Shown here piece by piece: positions 1 through 8,864 of a stretch of 64,000 nucleotides of DNA (positions are counted from its first letter, which is position 1; each line of letters begins with the position of its first letter). The notes beneath the pieces are model-generated. The model worked only from the letters and a program-made list of their open reading frames with translations, was not told the origin of the DNA and ran no database searches. The translations under genes and the position numbers were made by a program. The DNA lies in the NCBI GenBank assembly GCA_945889645.1, contig CAMDCA010000003.1, positions 20,739-84,738 of the forward strand, given 5' to 3'. The DNA is from Rhizobium sp. Q54 (GTDB lineage Bacteria; Pseudomonadota; Alphaproteobacteria; UBA2966; CAIVPW01).

Positions 1-1105
1 GGTTGCCCGGCTCGGTCCATGGCACCGCCGTGCGGATGCCGCGCGGGTCGTGGGGCACGATCAAGCTCTCGTAGCCGCCCCACGAGTAGCCGATGCCGAA
101 CAGCTCCAGCCCATCGATGAACGCCGCCAGCGCCTCGGCGGACGCGGGCTTGAGCACCACACCAAAGAGCCCGCTCGCGCCGTCGAAGTCGCGCTTCCAG
201 AGTTCATGGCCGGGATCGTCGGGCAGGGCAGGGTGGAGCACGTGTTTGACTTCGTTGCGCGCGTGCAGCCACTCGGCGAGCTTTAGGCCCGTCGCCTGAT
301 GCTGGGCAAGGCGTGCACCTAGCGTGCGCATGCCGCGCAACACCAGATTGCAGTCGTCGGGCCCGACCGACAGGCCCAACTGGTGAACCCAATGGCGTAC
401 GCGGCTGAGCCACGGCTCGCTCGCCGTGATCGAGCCCATCACCACGTCGGCGTGGCCGCCCAGGTACTTGGTCACCGACTGAATCGAAAGGTCGACGCCG
501 TGCTCCAGCGGCTTGAAGAACAGCGGCGTCGCCCACGTGTTGTCCATCAAGACCGCAGCCCGGTGCACGTGTGCCGTCATGGCGATTTCCGGAATGTCCT
601 GCATCTCGAACGTCACCGAGCCGGGCGCCTCGACGAGCACGGCACGGGTCGAGGGCCGGAACAGCTTGCTGATACCGGCGCCGATGCGTGGATCGTAGTA
701 GGTGGTCTCGATCGCCAGGGTACGCAGAACCGTGTCGGCGAACTGCCGGGCCGGCGCGTACGCGCTGTCCGATATCAGCACGTGGTCGCCGGGGTTCAGA
801 ACCGACAGAAGCGAAACGGCGATCGCCGAAAGGCCCGATGGCACTAGGAATGTCGAGCCGGCGCCTTCGATGGCAGCGATCGCGTCCTGCAATGCAAACG
901 TCGTCGGGCTGCCGCGACGGCCGTAGGTCACGGCGCGGTCAGACTGCGGTCCGTGGGCGGCTTGGTGCAGCGCCGCGATGCTGGGAAAGGTCACGGTCGA
1001 GACGTGATAAACGGGCGTGTTGACCACGCCGTGGTGCCGCGTTCCGCCGCGTCCGGTGTGCGTCAACCGCGTGCCGTCGCCGTGGCCTTTGCGACCCTGG
1101 CTCAT
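1..1105 (-). CDS. metC: cystathionine beta-lyase (Cys/Met-metabolism PLP enzyme), 3' end beyond window edge
   Basis: Manual minus-strand translation from ATG at 1105-1103 gives MSQGRKGHGDGTRLTHTGRGG..VNTPVYHVSTVTF..SVTKYLGGHADVVMGS, typical MetC/CGL-family motifs. Not in the ORF track because it runs off the window edge. Start overlaps sseA stop by 4 nt. Confidence 0.8.
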   Translation of the reverse strand, partial: MSQGRKGHGDGTRLTHTGRGGTRHHGVVNTPVYHVSTVTFPSIAALHQAAHGPQSDRAVTYGRRGSPTTFALQDAIAAIEGAGSTFLVPSGLSAIAVSLLSVLNPGDHVLISDSAYAPARQFADTVLRTLAIETTYYDPRIGAGISKLFRPSTRAVLVEAPGSVTFEMQDIPEIAMTAHVHRAAVLMDNTWATPLFFKPLEHGVDLSIQSVTKYLGGHADVVMGSITASEPWLSRVRHWVHQLGLSVGPDDCNLVLRGMRTLGARLAQHQATGLKLAEWLHARNEVKHVLHPALPDDPGHELWKRDFDGASGLFGVVLKPASAEALAAFIDGLELFGIGYSWGGYESLIVPHDPRGIRTAVPWTEPGN

Positions 1106-1941
1106 GTGGACACCGGCAAGTCGGAGCGCGCGCCCCACTCAGCCCACGAGCCGTCGTACACCGCTGCGTCCGGCGCACCAATCCGATGCAGCGCGAACGC
1201 GATCAGCGCGGCGGTGATGCCGGAGCCGCACAGCGCGACGACCAGCTTGTCGGGGTCGACGTTCGCTGTGGCGAATCGTGCGCGCAACTCAGCCGGTGGG
1301 AGCAGGGTTCCGTCGGGCGACAGCAAAGACTTGAACCAGACGTTCTTGCTGCCGGGGATATGTCCGCCGCGCAGCCCGCGCCGCGGCTCCGGCTCGGTGC
1401 CGTGAAACCGGCCCGGCGTGCGCGCGTCTACCAGTTGCGCCGCGCCGTGAGCAGAAATGGCCGTGACGGCATCGCGGTCGCTGACGAGGTTGGCGCGCCG
1501 TTTCGCCACGAACCGTTGTTGCTTGATCGCCGTGGCGCCGGGGACAACCGCGCGATGCTCCGTCGTCCACTTGACGAATCCACCGTCCAGCACGGATACG
1601 GAGTCGTGGCCAAACACGCGGAACGTCCACCAAACCCGTGCCGCGGGTGCCATTGCATTGCGGTCGTACACGACGACGTGGGCCGCGCTGCCGATCCCTA
1701 GTGCGCCGACGGCGCGGGCGAATGCGTCCGCGCCGGGCAGCATGTGAGGCAGGGTCGTCCTGCGGTCGGCGATGGCGTCGATGTCGAAGCGCGCCGCGCC
1801 GGGGATGTGGGCGGCGGCGTACTCAGCCGAGGCATCACGGTTCTCGGTCGGCAGGAACCATGTCGCATCGAGGAGCGCGACGCTGTCGCGATTGTCGGCC
1901 AGCCACTCGGTCGTTACGAGATCGGACGGGGGCGGGTGCAT
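1102..1941 (-). CDS. sseA: 3-mercaptopyruvate/thiosulfate sulfurtransferase (tandem rhodanese domains)
   Basis: ORF 1102..2028(-) trimmed to ATG at 1941 (MHPPPSDLVTTEWL..). Two rhodanese domains with active-site Cys region (..LCGSGITAA..). Confidence 0.8.
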   Translation of the reverse strand: MHPPPSDLVTTEWLADNRDSVALLDATWFLPTENRDASAEYAAAHIPGAARFDIDAIADRRTTLPHMLPGADAFARAVGALGIGSAAHVVVYDRNAMAPAARVWWTFRVFGHDSVSVLDGGFVKWTTEHRAVVPGATAIKQQRFVAKRRANLVSDRDAVTAISAHGAAQLVDARTPGRFHGTEPEPRRGLRGGHIPGSKNVWFKSLLSPDGTLLPPAELRARFATANVDPDKLVVALCGSGITAALIAFALHRIGAPDAAVYDGSWAEWGARSDLPVST

Positions 1942-1946
1942 GTCGC

Positions 1947-2183
1947 CTAGATGGTGGCGACCACGAGGGAGGTCACCCAGGCAACGCCCACCAGCGGCCA
2001 CAACGGTCCATACAGCAGCGCGTGCCACAGGAAGAATCCGAGGAAGGGATCGACTCCGTCACGGATGCCGAGATAGGCGTGGATGGCGACATACACCACG
2101 TAGCCGGCGGCATAGATCAGGAAGGTCAGGCGCCAGGCGGTCAGGCCGGAAATGCCGAACAGGTTGGAATCGCGGGAGGCCAT
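1947..2183 (-). CDS. small two-helix membrane protein (78 aa), unknown function
   Basis: Tail of ORF 1947..3242(-) from ATG 2183: MASRDSNLFGISGLTAWRLTFLIYAAGYVVYVAIHAYLG..WPLVGVAWVTSLVVATI. Its ATG overlaps the cysK-like TGA stop (ATGA). Two hydrophobic helices. Confidence 0.5.
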   Translation of the reverse strand: MASRDSNLFGISGLTAWRLTFLIYAAGYVVYVAIHAYLGIRDGVDPFLGFFLWHALLYGPLWPLVGVAWVTSLVVATI

Positions 2184-3184
2184 CAGGTCAACCAAGGTGG
2201 AATGGGGAGGCCCTTCTCGCGCAAGAAGGACGGCGTGTACAGCTTGCTTTGGTAGCGGACGCCGAGGTCGGCAAGGATCGTGACGATGGTGTGCCCGGGA
2301 CCAAGCTCGCGCGCCAACAGGCGGGCGCCGACCAGATTCACGCCGGACGATCCGCCGAGACACAGGCCTTCGTACTGCACGAGGTCGTACAACACCCGCA
2401 ACGCCTCGTCGTCGGTCACCTGGTAGGCGAAATCGATGGGTGCAGCTTCCAGGTTCGCGGTGATGCGGCCCTGGCCAATGCCTTCGGTGATCGAAGAGCC
2501 TTCGGCCTTCAACGACCCGTAGCGATAGTAGTGGTAGAGCGACGCGCCGAGCGGGTCGGCGAGCGCGACCACCACATCGGGGTTCTGCTCCTTCAAGTAC
2601 ATGCCGGTGCCGGCCAACGTACCGCCGGTGCCGACGGAACAGATGAACGCATCGACCTTGCCCGCCGTCTGGGCCCAGATCTCCGGTCCCGTGGTGTAGA
2701 AATGCGCGCGCCGGTTGGCCAGGTTGTCGAACTGGTTGGCCCAAACAGCGCCGTTCGGCTCGGTGCGATTGAGTTCGTCCGCCAGGCGCCCCGAAAGCTT
2801 GACGTAGTGGTTGGGGTCCGACGCCGGCACGGCCGCGACCTCGCGGAGCTCGGCGCCGGCAAGGCGGATCAAGTCCTTCTTCTCTTTGCTCTGCGTCTTG
2901 GGAATCACGACGACGGTGCGATAGCCGAGGGCGCGGCCGACGTGGGCGAGCCCGATGCCGGTATTGCCCGCGGTGCCTTCGACAATGACGCCGCCGGGGC
3001 GCAGGCGACCCTCGGCCTCGGCGTCGCGCACGATTCGAAGCGCCGCTCGATCTTTCACCGAGCCCGCAGGGTTCATGAACTCGGCCTTGCCGAGGATGGT
3101 GCAGCCGGTCTCGTTGGACAGACCGCGCAGCCGCAGGAGCGGCGTGTTCCCGATCAGGTCGCAGAAATTGTTGCGGGCGTCCAT
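2183..3184 (-). CDS. cysK: PLP-dependent cysteine synthase family protein (CysK/CysM/CBS-like)
   Basis: ORF 2183..3547(-) trimmed to Met at 3184 (MDARNNFCDLIGNTPLLRL..). PLP-lysine motif SVKDR and G-rich loop GTAGNTGIG. 333 aa. Confidence 0.8.
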   Translation of the reverse strand: MDARNNFCDLIGNTPLLRLRGLSNETGCTILGKAEFMNPAGSVKDRAALRIVRDAEAEGRLRPGGVIVEGTAGNTGIGLAHVGRALGYRTVVVIPKTQSKEKKDLIRLAGAELREVAAVPASDPNHYVKLSGRLADELNRTEPNGAVWANQFDNLANRRAHFYTTGPEIWAQTAGKVDAFICSVGTGGTLAGTGMYLKEQNPDVVVALADPLGASLYHYYRYGSLKAEGSSITEGIGQGRITANLEAAPIDFAYQVTDDEALRVLYDLVQYEGLCLGGSSGVNLVGARLLARELGPGHTIVTILADLGVRYQSKLYTPSFLREKGLPIPPWLT

Positions 3185-3320
3185 CTGCGGCGCGTTCCGA
3201 GCGCCGACGGGCGGCGCGCCCCGAGCGCCAGCGGACGGGCACTCGCTCACGGGCGATACAGCGACTCTAGCGGTGGGGGGTAGCGCGTTCAAGAAAACTG
3301 CCCAGGCCCGGCTGCGGCAT

Positions 3321-3929
3321 TCAGCGCCAGCGTTGGCGCAGTTCGTCGCGATGGTCCTTGAGCCAGGCGAGCGACACCAGCGCTGGAGTAGTGCGGATCT
3401 TGCCCTGCTCGATGGCCTCGAAGGCCTGGGTGCTGGGCATCGCGAAGACCCGAATGTCCTCGCCCTCGTCCTGGAGGCCATGCAATCCGCCGGCGGCGCC
3501 GGCGGCCACGCGGCCGACGAATACCCGGTTGAACTCAGTAACCGCACCGGGAGAGCAGTAGAACTCGCGAATGGGCAGCATGTCCGACGGCATCAGACCG
3601 GTTTCCTCTTCGCACTCGCGGTGCGCCACCTCGATGGGTTGCTCGCCCTTCTCGATGACTCCGGCGACGATCTCCCACAGCCAGGGGTTCTCGTCACCCG
3701 CGACGAACGCGCCAGGACGGAACTGCTCGATCAGCACGACCTGGTCGAGGAGAGGATCGTAGGGGAGGACGGAAACGGTGTGGCCGCGGTCGAGCATCTC
3801 GCGCTCGACCTCGTGGCTCCATGTGCCGGCGAAGGTCTTGTAGCGCACGCGATACCGGTCGAAGTGGTAGCGGCCGTGATGGAGCGTATCGACGCCTAGC
3901 AACTCGACGTCGCGGCGGGTGCGCGGCAT
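3321..3929 (-). CDS. NUDIX hydrolase, ADP-ribose pyrophosphatase-like
   Basis: ORF 3321..4022(-) trimmed to ATG 3929, preceded by GGAGG. Nudix box GVIEKGEQPIEVAHRECEEETG. Confidence 0.75.
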   Translation of the reverse strand: MPRTRRDVELLGVDTLHHGRYHFDRYRVRYKTFAGTWSHEVEREMLDRGHTVSVLPYDPLLDQVVLIEQFRPGAFVAGDENPWLWEIVAGVIEKGEQPIEVAHRECEEETGLMPSDMLPIREFYCSPGAVTEFNRVFVGRVAAGAAGGLHGLQDEGEDIRVFAMPSTQAFEAIEQGKIRTTPALVSLAWLKDHRDELRQRWR

Positions 3930-4139
3930 GGTGCCTCCGTGGAACGGGTGCCCGCGTGTACGGGCGAGGCTAGCCGCCGTCAAGCGCCCGCCTGCGTCAC
4001 GGAGTCGTCCTACTTCCGTCACGATTTGCCCCTAGGTGTGCGGGCGAGGGGCGCTTCCGCGCCGCCGCTGCTTTAAGCTAGGGTGCCCGCACCGTGCCGG
4101 GCTGCGACGACGGCTGCCGGCGGGGAGGAAAACCGCCTT

Positions 4140-4883
4140 ACGATGACTCTCGGAAACAATAGCCTGTACGGCGGCCGCAAAAAGCGCGGCCCGAGCATGC
4201 GCAAGGTCGTGGGCTGGGTTCTGGCTGTGGCCGTGCTGGCGGCCATGGGCCTGTGGTCCTATCGCACCGGTTCGTCCCTGGCGCGGCAGGAAGAGGCGCG
4301 CCTGCGGACCGAAGTGGTCACGCTGGCCGAAAAGGTTGATGGCCTCGAGGAGACCAACGCTGGTTTGCGTGGGGCGCTCGAAGCCGAGCAGGTGAAGACC
4401 GCCGACCTGCAGGGGCAGTACCGCCGCGATGTGCCTGACAACGAGACCGCCCGCATCGTCGAATTGGTGCGCGGCCGCCGCGCCGAGGGCATACCGGCTG
4501 ATCGCCTAGCCGAGGTCATCCGCGCCGCGACGGCGCAATGGAAGTGCACCGGCGATCCCGTCACCCGCCGCTTCATCTTGCGTACGCCGCTGACCACGGT
4601 GGCGGGCAACGACGTAGTGGCCTTTGCCAACGGCACCATCACCGTCACCGGCACCGGTGTGTCCGAGGTCGACGCGCAGAACCGCGCGCAGGCGTGGTAC
4701 GATCCAGGCCAGGCAGTGACCCTGAGCTTCAACCGCATCGGCGGCGGTCCCGCTCAGGACATCACAGGCAAACTGCCCCTGTTCCATTCGGTCGTGGTGA
4801 GCGACACCATCTACCGGTTCAGCGCGGTGCCCGGGGATCGTTCTTTCGTAAGCGTGACCGCACAGGCCTGCGCCTACCCCTAA
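4140..4883 (+). CDS. hypothetical membrane-anchored protein with coiled-coil region
   Basis: ORF 4083..4883(+). N-terminal RKKR then TM helix VVGWVLAVAVLAAMGLW, coiled-coil-like segment, no recognisable family. Start uncertain (4083 GTG, 4140 ATG or 4194 ATG). Confidence 0.5.
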   Translation, partial: TMTLGNNSLYGGRKKRGPSMRKVVGWVLAVAVLAAMGLWSYRTGSSLARQEEARLRTEVVTLAEKVDGLEETNAGLRGALEAEQVKTADLQGQYRRDVPDNETARIVELVRGRRAEGIPADRLAEVIRAATAQWKCTGDPVTRRFILRTPLTTVAGNDVVAFANGTITVTGTGVSEVDAQNRAQAWYDPGQAVTLSFNRIGGGPAQDITGKLPLFHSVVVSDTIYRFSAVPGDRSFVSVTAQACAYP

Positions 4884-4919
4884 AATCAGCCCATCGACAA
4901 CGGTCCGGAGAGTCTCTGC

Positions 4920-5471
4920 ATGCGCGCGACCGCCTTTGTGCTGACGGCCCTTGCCGCCGTCTTCCTTGCCTTTGCGCAGCCCGCCATGGCGCAGACGACG
5001 GCGCAGGCGACGACGGCAGAGTTCGCGCGCCTCGCCGCCGCCGGCAAGGCCGCGCTGGCGAAGGTCGAGACGTTCCCGAACGACGGCCAGGAACACATCG
5101 CGCTCGGCACGGCCCAGCGTTATCGCACCGATCCGCCGGTAGCCGGCAATCACTGGCCGATCTGGGCCGATCCAGGCCGTTACACCCAGGCGGTCCCGAG
5201 CGAGGCCTTGGTCCATTCGCTCGAGCACGGCCACATCGTCATCTACATCGACCGGCCGAACGCCGAGGGCGTGCGCCTGTTGACCCTGTGGTCGAACATG
5301 TACCGCGGCATGTGGGACGGCCTGGTGGTGGTGCCACGCGCCAATCTCGGCACCGGCGTCATCGTGACGGCGTGGACCAAGATGCTGCGTCTCGATGATT
5401 TCGACGCGTCGGTAGCGGCCGCGTTCATCGACGAATTCCGCGGCCGCGGGCCGGAGAACCCGGTCCGCTAG
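4920..5471 (+). CDS. secreted DUF3105-like protein
   Basis: Signal peptide (..AFAQPAMAQT) and motifs NHWPIW..VHSLEHGHIVIY resembling DUF3105. Confidence 0.65.
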   Translation: MRATAFVLTALAAVFLAFAQPAMAQTTAQATTAEFARLAAAGKAALAKVETFPNDGQEHIALGTAQRYRTDPPVAGNHWPIWADPGRYTQAVPSEALVHSLEHGHIVIYIDRPNAEGVRLLTLWSNMYRGMWDGLVVVPRANLGTGVIVTAWTKMLRLDDFDASVAAAFIDEFRGRGPENPVR

Positions 5472-5498
5472 CGATCGGTCGCGCCGCAGGCATTCGGC

Positions 5499-5984
5499 GT
5501 GAGCATCGACGCGCCGCCCCTCGTGATCGTCCTCGCGGTCCTTGTCGCAGCGCCGATCCTGTTCGTCCGCATGCGGCGGATTGCGCGCGGACAGCGGCTG
5601 CGCATCGAGTGGATGTGGGTCCGCCCCGTCATCGTCTTCGCCACCTCTCCGCCGCCCTTGATTGACTGGCTTTGGATTGGCGCCGCTTTAGTGCCGGGTG
5701 CCGCGTTTGGCTGGTACCGGGGCGGCATGGTGACCGTGACCATCGATCCAGATACTCACGAACTCACCAGCAAGGCATCGCCCGCGGCAATGATCTTCAT
5801 TGTCGTGCTCATCACCGTGCGACTCGGACTGCGTTACGTCGCGTTCGCCGAGGAAGAGGCATGGCACCTCGACCCCGTGCTGATCACCGACGCGTCGCTC
5901 GCATTTGTGGTGGGCCTCGGGTGCGTGCAGCGGATCGAGATGGCGCTGCGTGCCGCCGCCTTCTGCTCGAAGCGCGCGGCATGA
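5499..5984 (+). CDS. hypothetical integral membrane protein (about 4 TM helices)
   Basis: GTG-initiated ORF, strongly hydrophobic segments, no family assignment. Confidence 0.5.
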   Translation: MSIDAPPLVIVLAVLVAAPILFVRMRRIARGQRLRIEWMWVRPVIVFATSPPPLIDWLWIGAALVPGAAFGWYRGGMVTVTIDPDTHELTSKASPAAMIFIVVLITVRLGLRYVAFAEEEAWHLDPVLITDASLAFVVGLGCVQRIEMALRAAAFCSKRAA

Positions 5985-6006
5985 AAGCCGTGCCGTAGGC
6001 GCGACC

Positions 6007-6987
6007 TTACTGAATCGCGGCGCCGAGGCCGAGGTCCAAGAGCTTGCGGCGAAAGCGCGGATTGTCGGGCCGCAGGCCATAGGCGGTCAGAAAGTCCGCC
6101 TCGGCGCGCTCCCGCGCTCCTTGCACTTCGAAGGCGAACCCGCGGTTGTTGAATGCCTCGGCGTAGCCCGGGGCGAGGGCGATGGCTTCGGTGAAGTCGA
6201 GGACGGCTTGCACCATGTCGCCGGCACGGGCGTAGGCGATGCCCCGGTTATAGTAGGTCTGCGCGACGTCGGGGGCGAGGGCGGCAGCGGCGTCGAGGTC
6301 GGCCAGCGCCGCCTCGTTGTGCGCCAGCAGCAGATACAAGACGCCCCGGTTGTAGTGCGTCAGCGCCAGGCCGGGATCGAGGCGCAAGGCCTCGGTGATG
6401 TCGCGCTCGGCGTCGTCGAACTCGCGGCGCGCGCCGTGCAGGATGCCGCGATAGAGAAAGGCGATGGCGGTCTGCGGGTTCTCGATCGCCGCGGCCTCAT
6501 ACTGGACCGCAATCAGCGCGGCCTGAGCTGCAAGCGTGTCGGCATCGGCCCGCGTCCCCGCAGCACGCACTACAGCGCGCGCCGCTGCCTCGGTCGCCTG
6601 TTGCAGAGCAGCCGCGCGACGCTCGGTTTCCGTCATTTGGCGGACGACGGCCATCTGCTTCGCCACCGTAAGGTCGGCCGCGGCGCGCGCGGCGAACTGG
6701 CGCGCTTCGTCACGATCGGCCGTGGTTTGTGCCGCGACGCCCTTCGCCTGGTAGGCGGTGCCGCGCTGAGTCAGCGCCCACTCCAGAATCTCCTCGGGAA
6801 TGCGGCCGTTGCGGATGATCTTGGAGCAGTAGTGAATCGCGAGGTCGTAGGTGCCGTAGCGCTGGGCCGCGACGGCGCCGCGCGCGCAGTTGTCGAGTTC
6901 AACTGCGATCTGCGCGTGCGCGCCCGCCGGCGTCAGGACCGCCGTCGCCAGCATGAGAGAGAACGTTGCGGAAACCTGGGGGCGCAT
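6007..6987 (-). CDS. secreted TPR-repeat protein
   Basis: Signal peptide MRPQVSATFSLMLATAVLTPAGAHA. Multiple TPR-like units (YNRGVLY.., YYNRGIAYARAGD.., FNNRGFAFEVQG..). Confidence 0.75.
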   Translation of the reverse strand: MRPQVSATFSLMLATAVLTPAGAHAQIAVELDNCARGAVAAQRYGTYDLAIHYCSKIIRNGRIPEEILEWALTQRGTAYQAKGVAAQTTADRDEARQFAARAAADLTVAKQMAVVRQMTETERRAAALQQATEAAARAVVRAAGTRADADTLAAQAALIAVQYEAAAIENPQTAIAFLYRGILHGARREFDDAERDITEALRLDPGLALTHYNRGVLYLLLAHNEAALADLDAAAALAPDVAQTYYNRGIAYARAGDMVQAVLDFTEAIALAPGYAEAFNNRGFAFEVQGARERAEADFLTAYGLRPDNPRFRRKLLDLGLGAAIQ

Positions 6988-7196
6988 CGAGTTCTGGCTG
7001 AAGTCCTCGCTAGCAGCGCGCGACTACAATACATAACGTATCGGCTGAGGTCAACATCAAGAAGTGGGAGCGCCCCGGCCGGGCGTCACCGACGCCGCCC
7101 TCATCGAATAGTCATTAGTCGCGACGCGTGGTTAAATGAGCGGGCGCCTTAGGACGCTCGCCCATCTAGCGTTTTGGCGGCCCGGGAAGCACGAAG

Positions 7197-8528
7197 TTGA
7201 CCGACAACGCCCTCGCAGCACCCGCTGGCTCGGCGCCCCTTGGGGCGCTGGATGAACTCCTGCGCGGGCAGCCCATCCAATCGCGATGGCTGATCACGAT
7301 CGTCGTCGTCGTGATGGCGACCGTCGGCGGCGTATGGACCTATTTCACCCAGCTCACCGAAGTTGCGGTCGCGACGGGGGCCGTCGTGCCGCAGGGTCAG
7401 GTGCGCCAAGTCGCCCACCTTGAGGGAGGACTCATCAGCGGCATCTTTGTTCGGGACGGCGATTTTGTCGCCGCCGGCGCGTCGTTGGTGCAGATCGAGC
7501 TGGCGCCGAACGACCTCAACCCGGAAGAGATTCGTGGCCGCCTCGATGGCCTGCTGATCGTCCGCACGCGGCTCACGGCGGAGAGCCGCGACGAGAAGCC
7601 GGTGTGGCCGGCAGAGTCTGTGGCGCGCCAACCGGCGATCGCTCAGGCGGAACAGCAGTCGTATGACATCCGCCGGGCGCAATTGACGACGGCCCTTGCC
7701 GCGTTGGCCCAAGTGGCGGAGCAGCGGCGGTTGGAAGGCAAGGAGTTCGAGTCGCAACGCACGTCGTTGATTGCCGAGCTCGATCTGGTGACGCGCCGGT
7801 TCAAGATTTCCGAGGACTTGCTGCGCGACGCGATGACGACGCGCACCGAGCATTTGGACCTGGAGCGCTCCAAGGCGCAGCTCGAAGGGCAAATTTCAAC
7901 TTTGACCGTATCGATTCCGCGCGCCCAGGCGGCGTTCGCCGAGGCGCAGAAGAAGATCGAAGACGTCCGCCTGGAGTCGCGCCGCGAGGTGCAGAAGGAG
8001 CTTGCCGAGAACGAGGTCAACATCGCCCGCGTCGAGCAGGTCCAGGCCGAGGTGACGCGCCAGCAGGGCCGTACGACCGTGACCAGCCCGATCGACGGCG
8101 TCATCAAGAACATCAAGGTGCGCTCGATCGGCGACGTGGTGAAGCCCGGCGAGCCGTTCCTCGAAGTGGTGCCGCTAAGCGATACGCTGGTGGTGGAAGC
8201 GCGCCTAAGCCCGGACGACCGCGGCTACGTCTCCGAGGGACAGAGCGCGATGGTGAAGGTTTCGTCCTACGACTTCGTCCGCTACGGCGGGCTGAACGGC
8301 AAGGTCGTGTTCATCGGCGCCGACGCCGACCAGGACGACAAGGGCAACGTCTATTTCCGTGTGCGGGTAGAGACCGATCGCTCTTTCTTGGGTTCCGAGC
8401 AGCAACCGCTGCCGATCAGCGCCGGCATGCAGGCCACGGTGGACATCGTCACCGGTAGCAAGTCCGTGCTGGCCCGCCTGCTGCGGCCGATCCAGAAGAT
8501 CCGCTACGAAGCCTTCCGCGAACGCTAA
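7197..8528 (+). CDS. HlyD-family type I secretion periplasmic adaptor (membrane fusion protein)
   Basis: TTG start. N-terminal TM helix (WLITIVVVVMATVGGVWTYF), long coiled coil, C-terminal beta-barrel motifs (VTSPIDGVIKNIKV.., FLEVVPLSDTLVVEARL). Confidence 0.8.
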   Translation: MTDNALAAPAGSAPLGALDELLRGQPIQSRWLITIVVVVMATVGGVWTYFTQLTEVAVATGAVVPQGQVRQVAHLEGGLISGIFVRDGDFVAAGASLVQIELAPNDLNPEEIRGRLDGLLIVRTRLTAESRDEKPVWPAESVARQPAIAQAEQQSYDIRRAQLTTALAALAQVAEQRRLEGKEFESQRTSLIAELDLVTRRFKISEDLLRDAMTTRTEHLDLERSKAQLEGQISTLTVSIPRAQAAFAEAQKKIEDVRLESRREVQKELAENEVNIARVEQVQAEVTRQQGRTTVTSPIDGVIKNIKVRSIGDVVKPGEPFLEVVPLSDTLVVEARLSPDDRGYVSEGQSAMVKVSSYDFVRYGGLNGKVVFIGADADQDDKGNVYFRVRVETDRSFLGSEQQPLPISAGMQATVDIVTGSKSVLARLLRPIQKIRYEAFRER

Positions 8529-8540
8529 GCGTCGCGAACG

Positions 8541-8798
8541 CTAGGCGCTGTCGCGCGCCAGGGCCAATTCCAGTTCGTGCGGATCGACGGGGACCGTCTG
8601 CAGAGTCCCGAAGTCCGCGCCGGGCGGGCGGGCGCTGATCGTAGTAGCGATCCGCCGGTAGGCCTGGAACGCGCCGCTCTCCACAAGCTCTTCATCGGTC
8701 GCGACGACGTAGCGGCCGGCCGGCAGCGCCTCATCGAAGGCGCTGAGGGTGAACGGTTTGACGAAGGTGACGGTCTTTTCGGTGGTGCGGATCGTCAT
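8541..8798 (-). CDS. hypothetical small protein (85 aa)
   Basis: ORF 8541..8798(-), no recognisable domain. Convergent with hlyD-like gene. Confidence 0.4.
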   Translation of the reverse strand: MTIRTTEKTVTFVKPFTLSAFDEALPAGRYVVATDEELVESGAFQAYRRIATTISARPPGADFGTLQTVPVDPHELELALARDSA

Positions 8799-8864
8799 GC
8801 GGCTGACTCTAGGCTCAATCAGCCTGGTTGCTTCGCTGCGCTCGTAATGACGAGGGGTGCTAGA

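Noticed and set aside
1772-3283. Very long ORFs antisense to, or in alternative frames of, real genes (for example 1772..3283+, 1947..3242- upstream part, 5905..7152+, 9612..11282+, 12000..13553+, 13573..14703-, 25518..27041-, 37630..39657-)
   Set aside because: High-GC shadow ORFs: Arg/Ala/Pro/Gly-rich translations without domain signatures, and each overlaps a well-supported conserved gene on another frame or strand.
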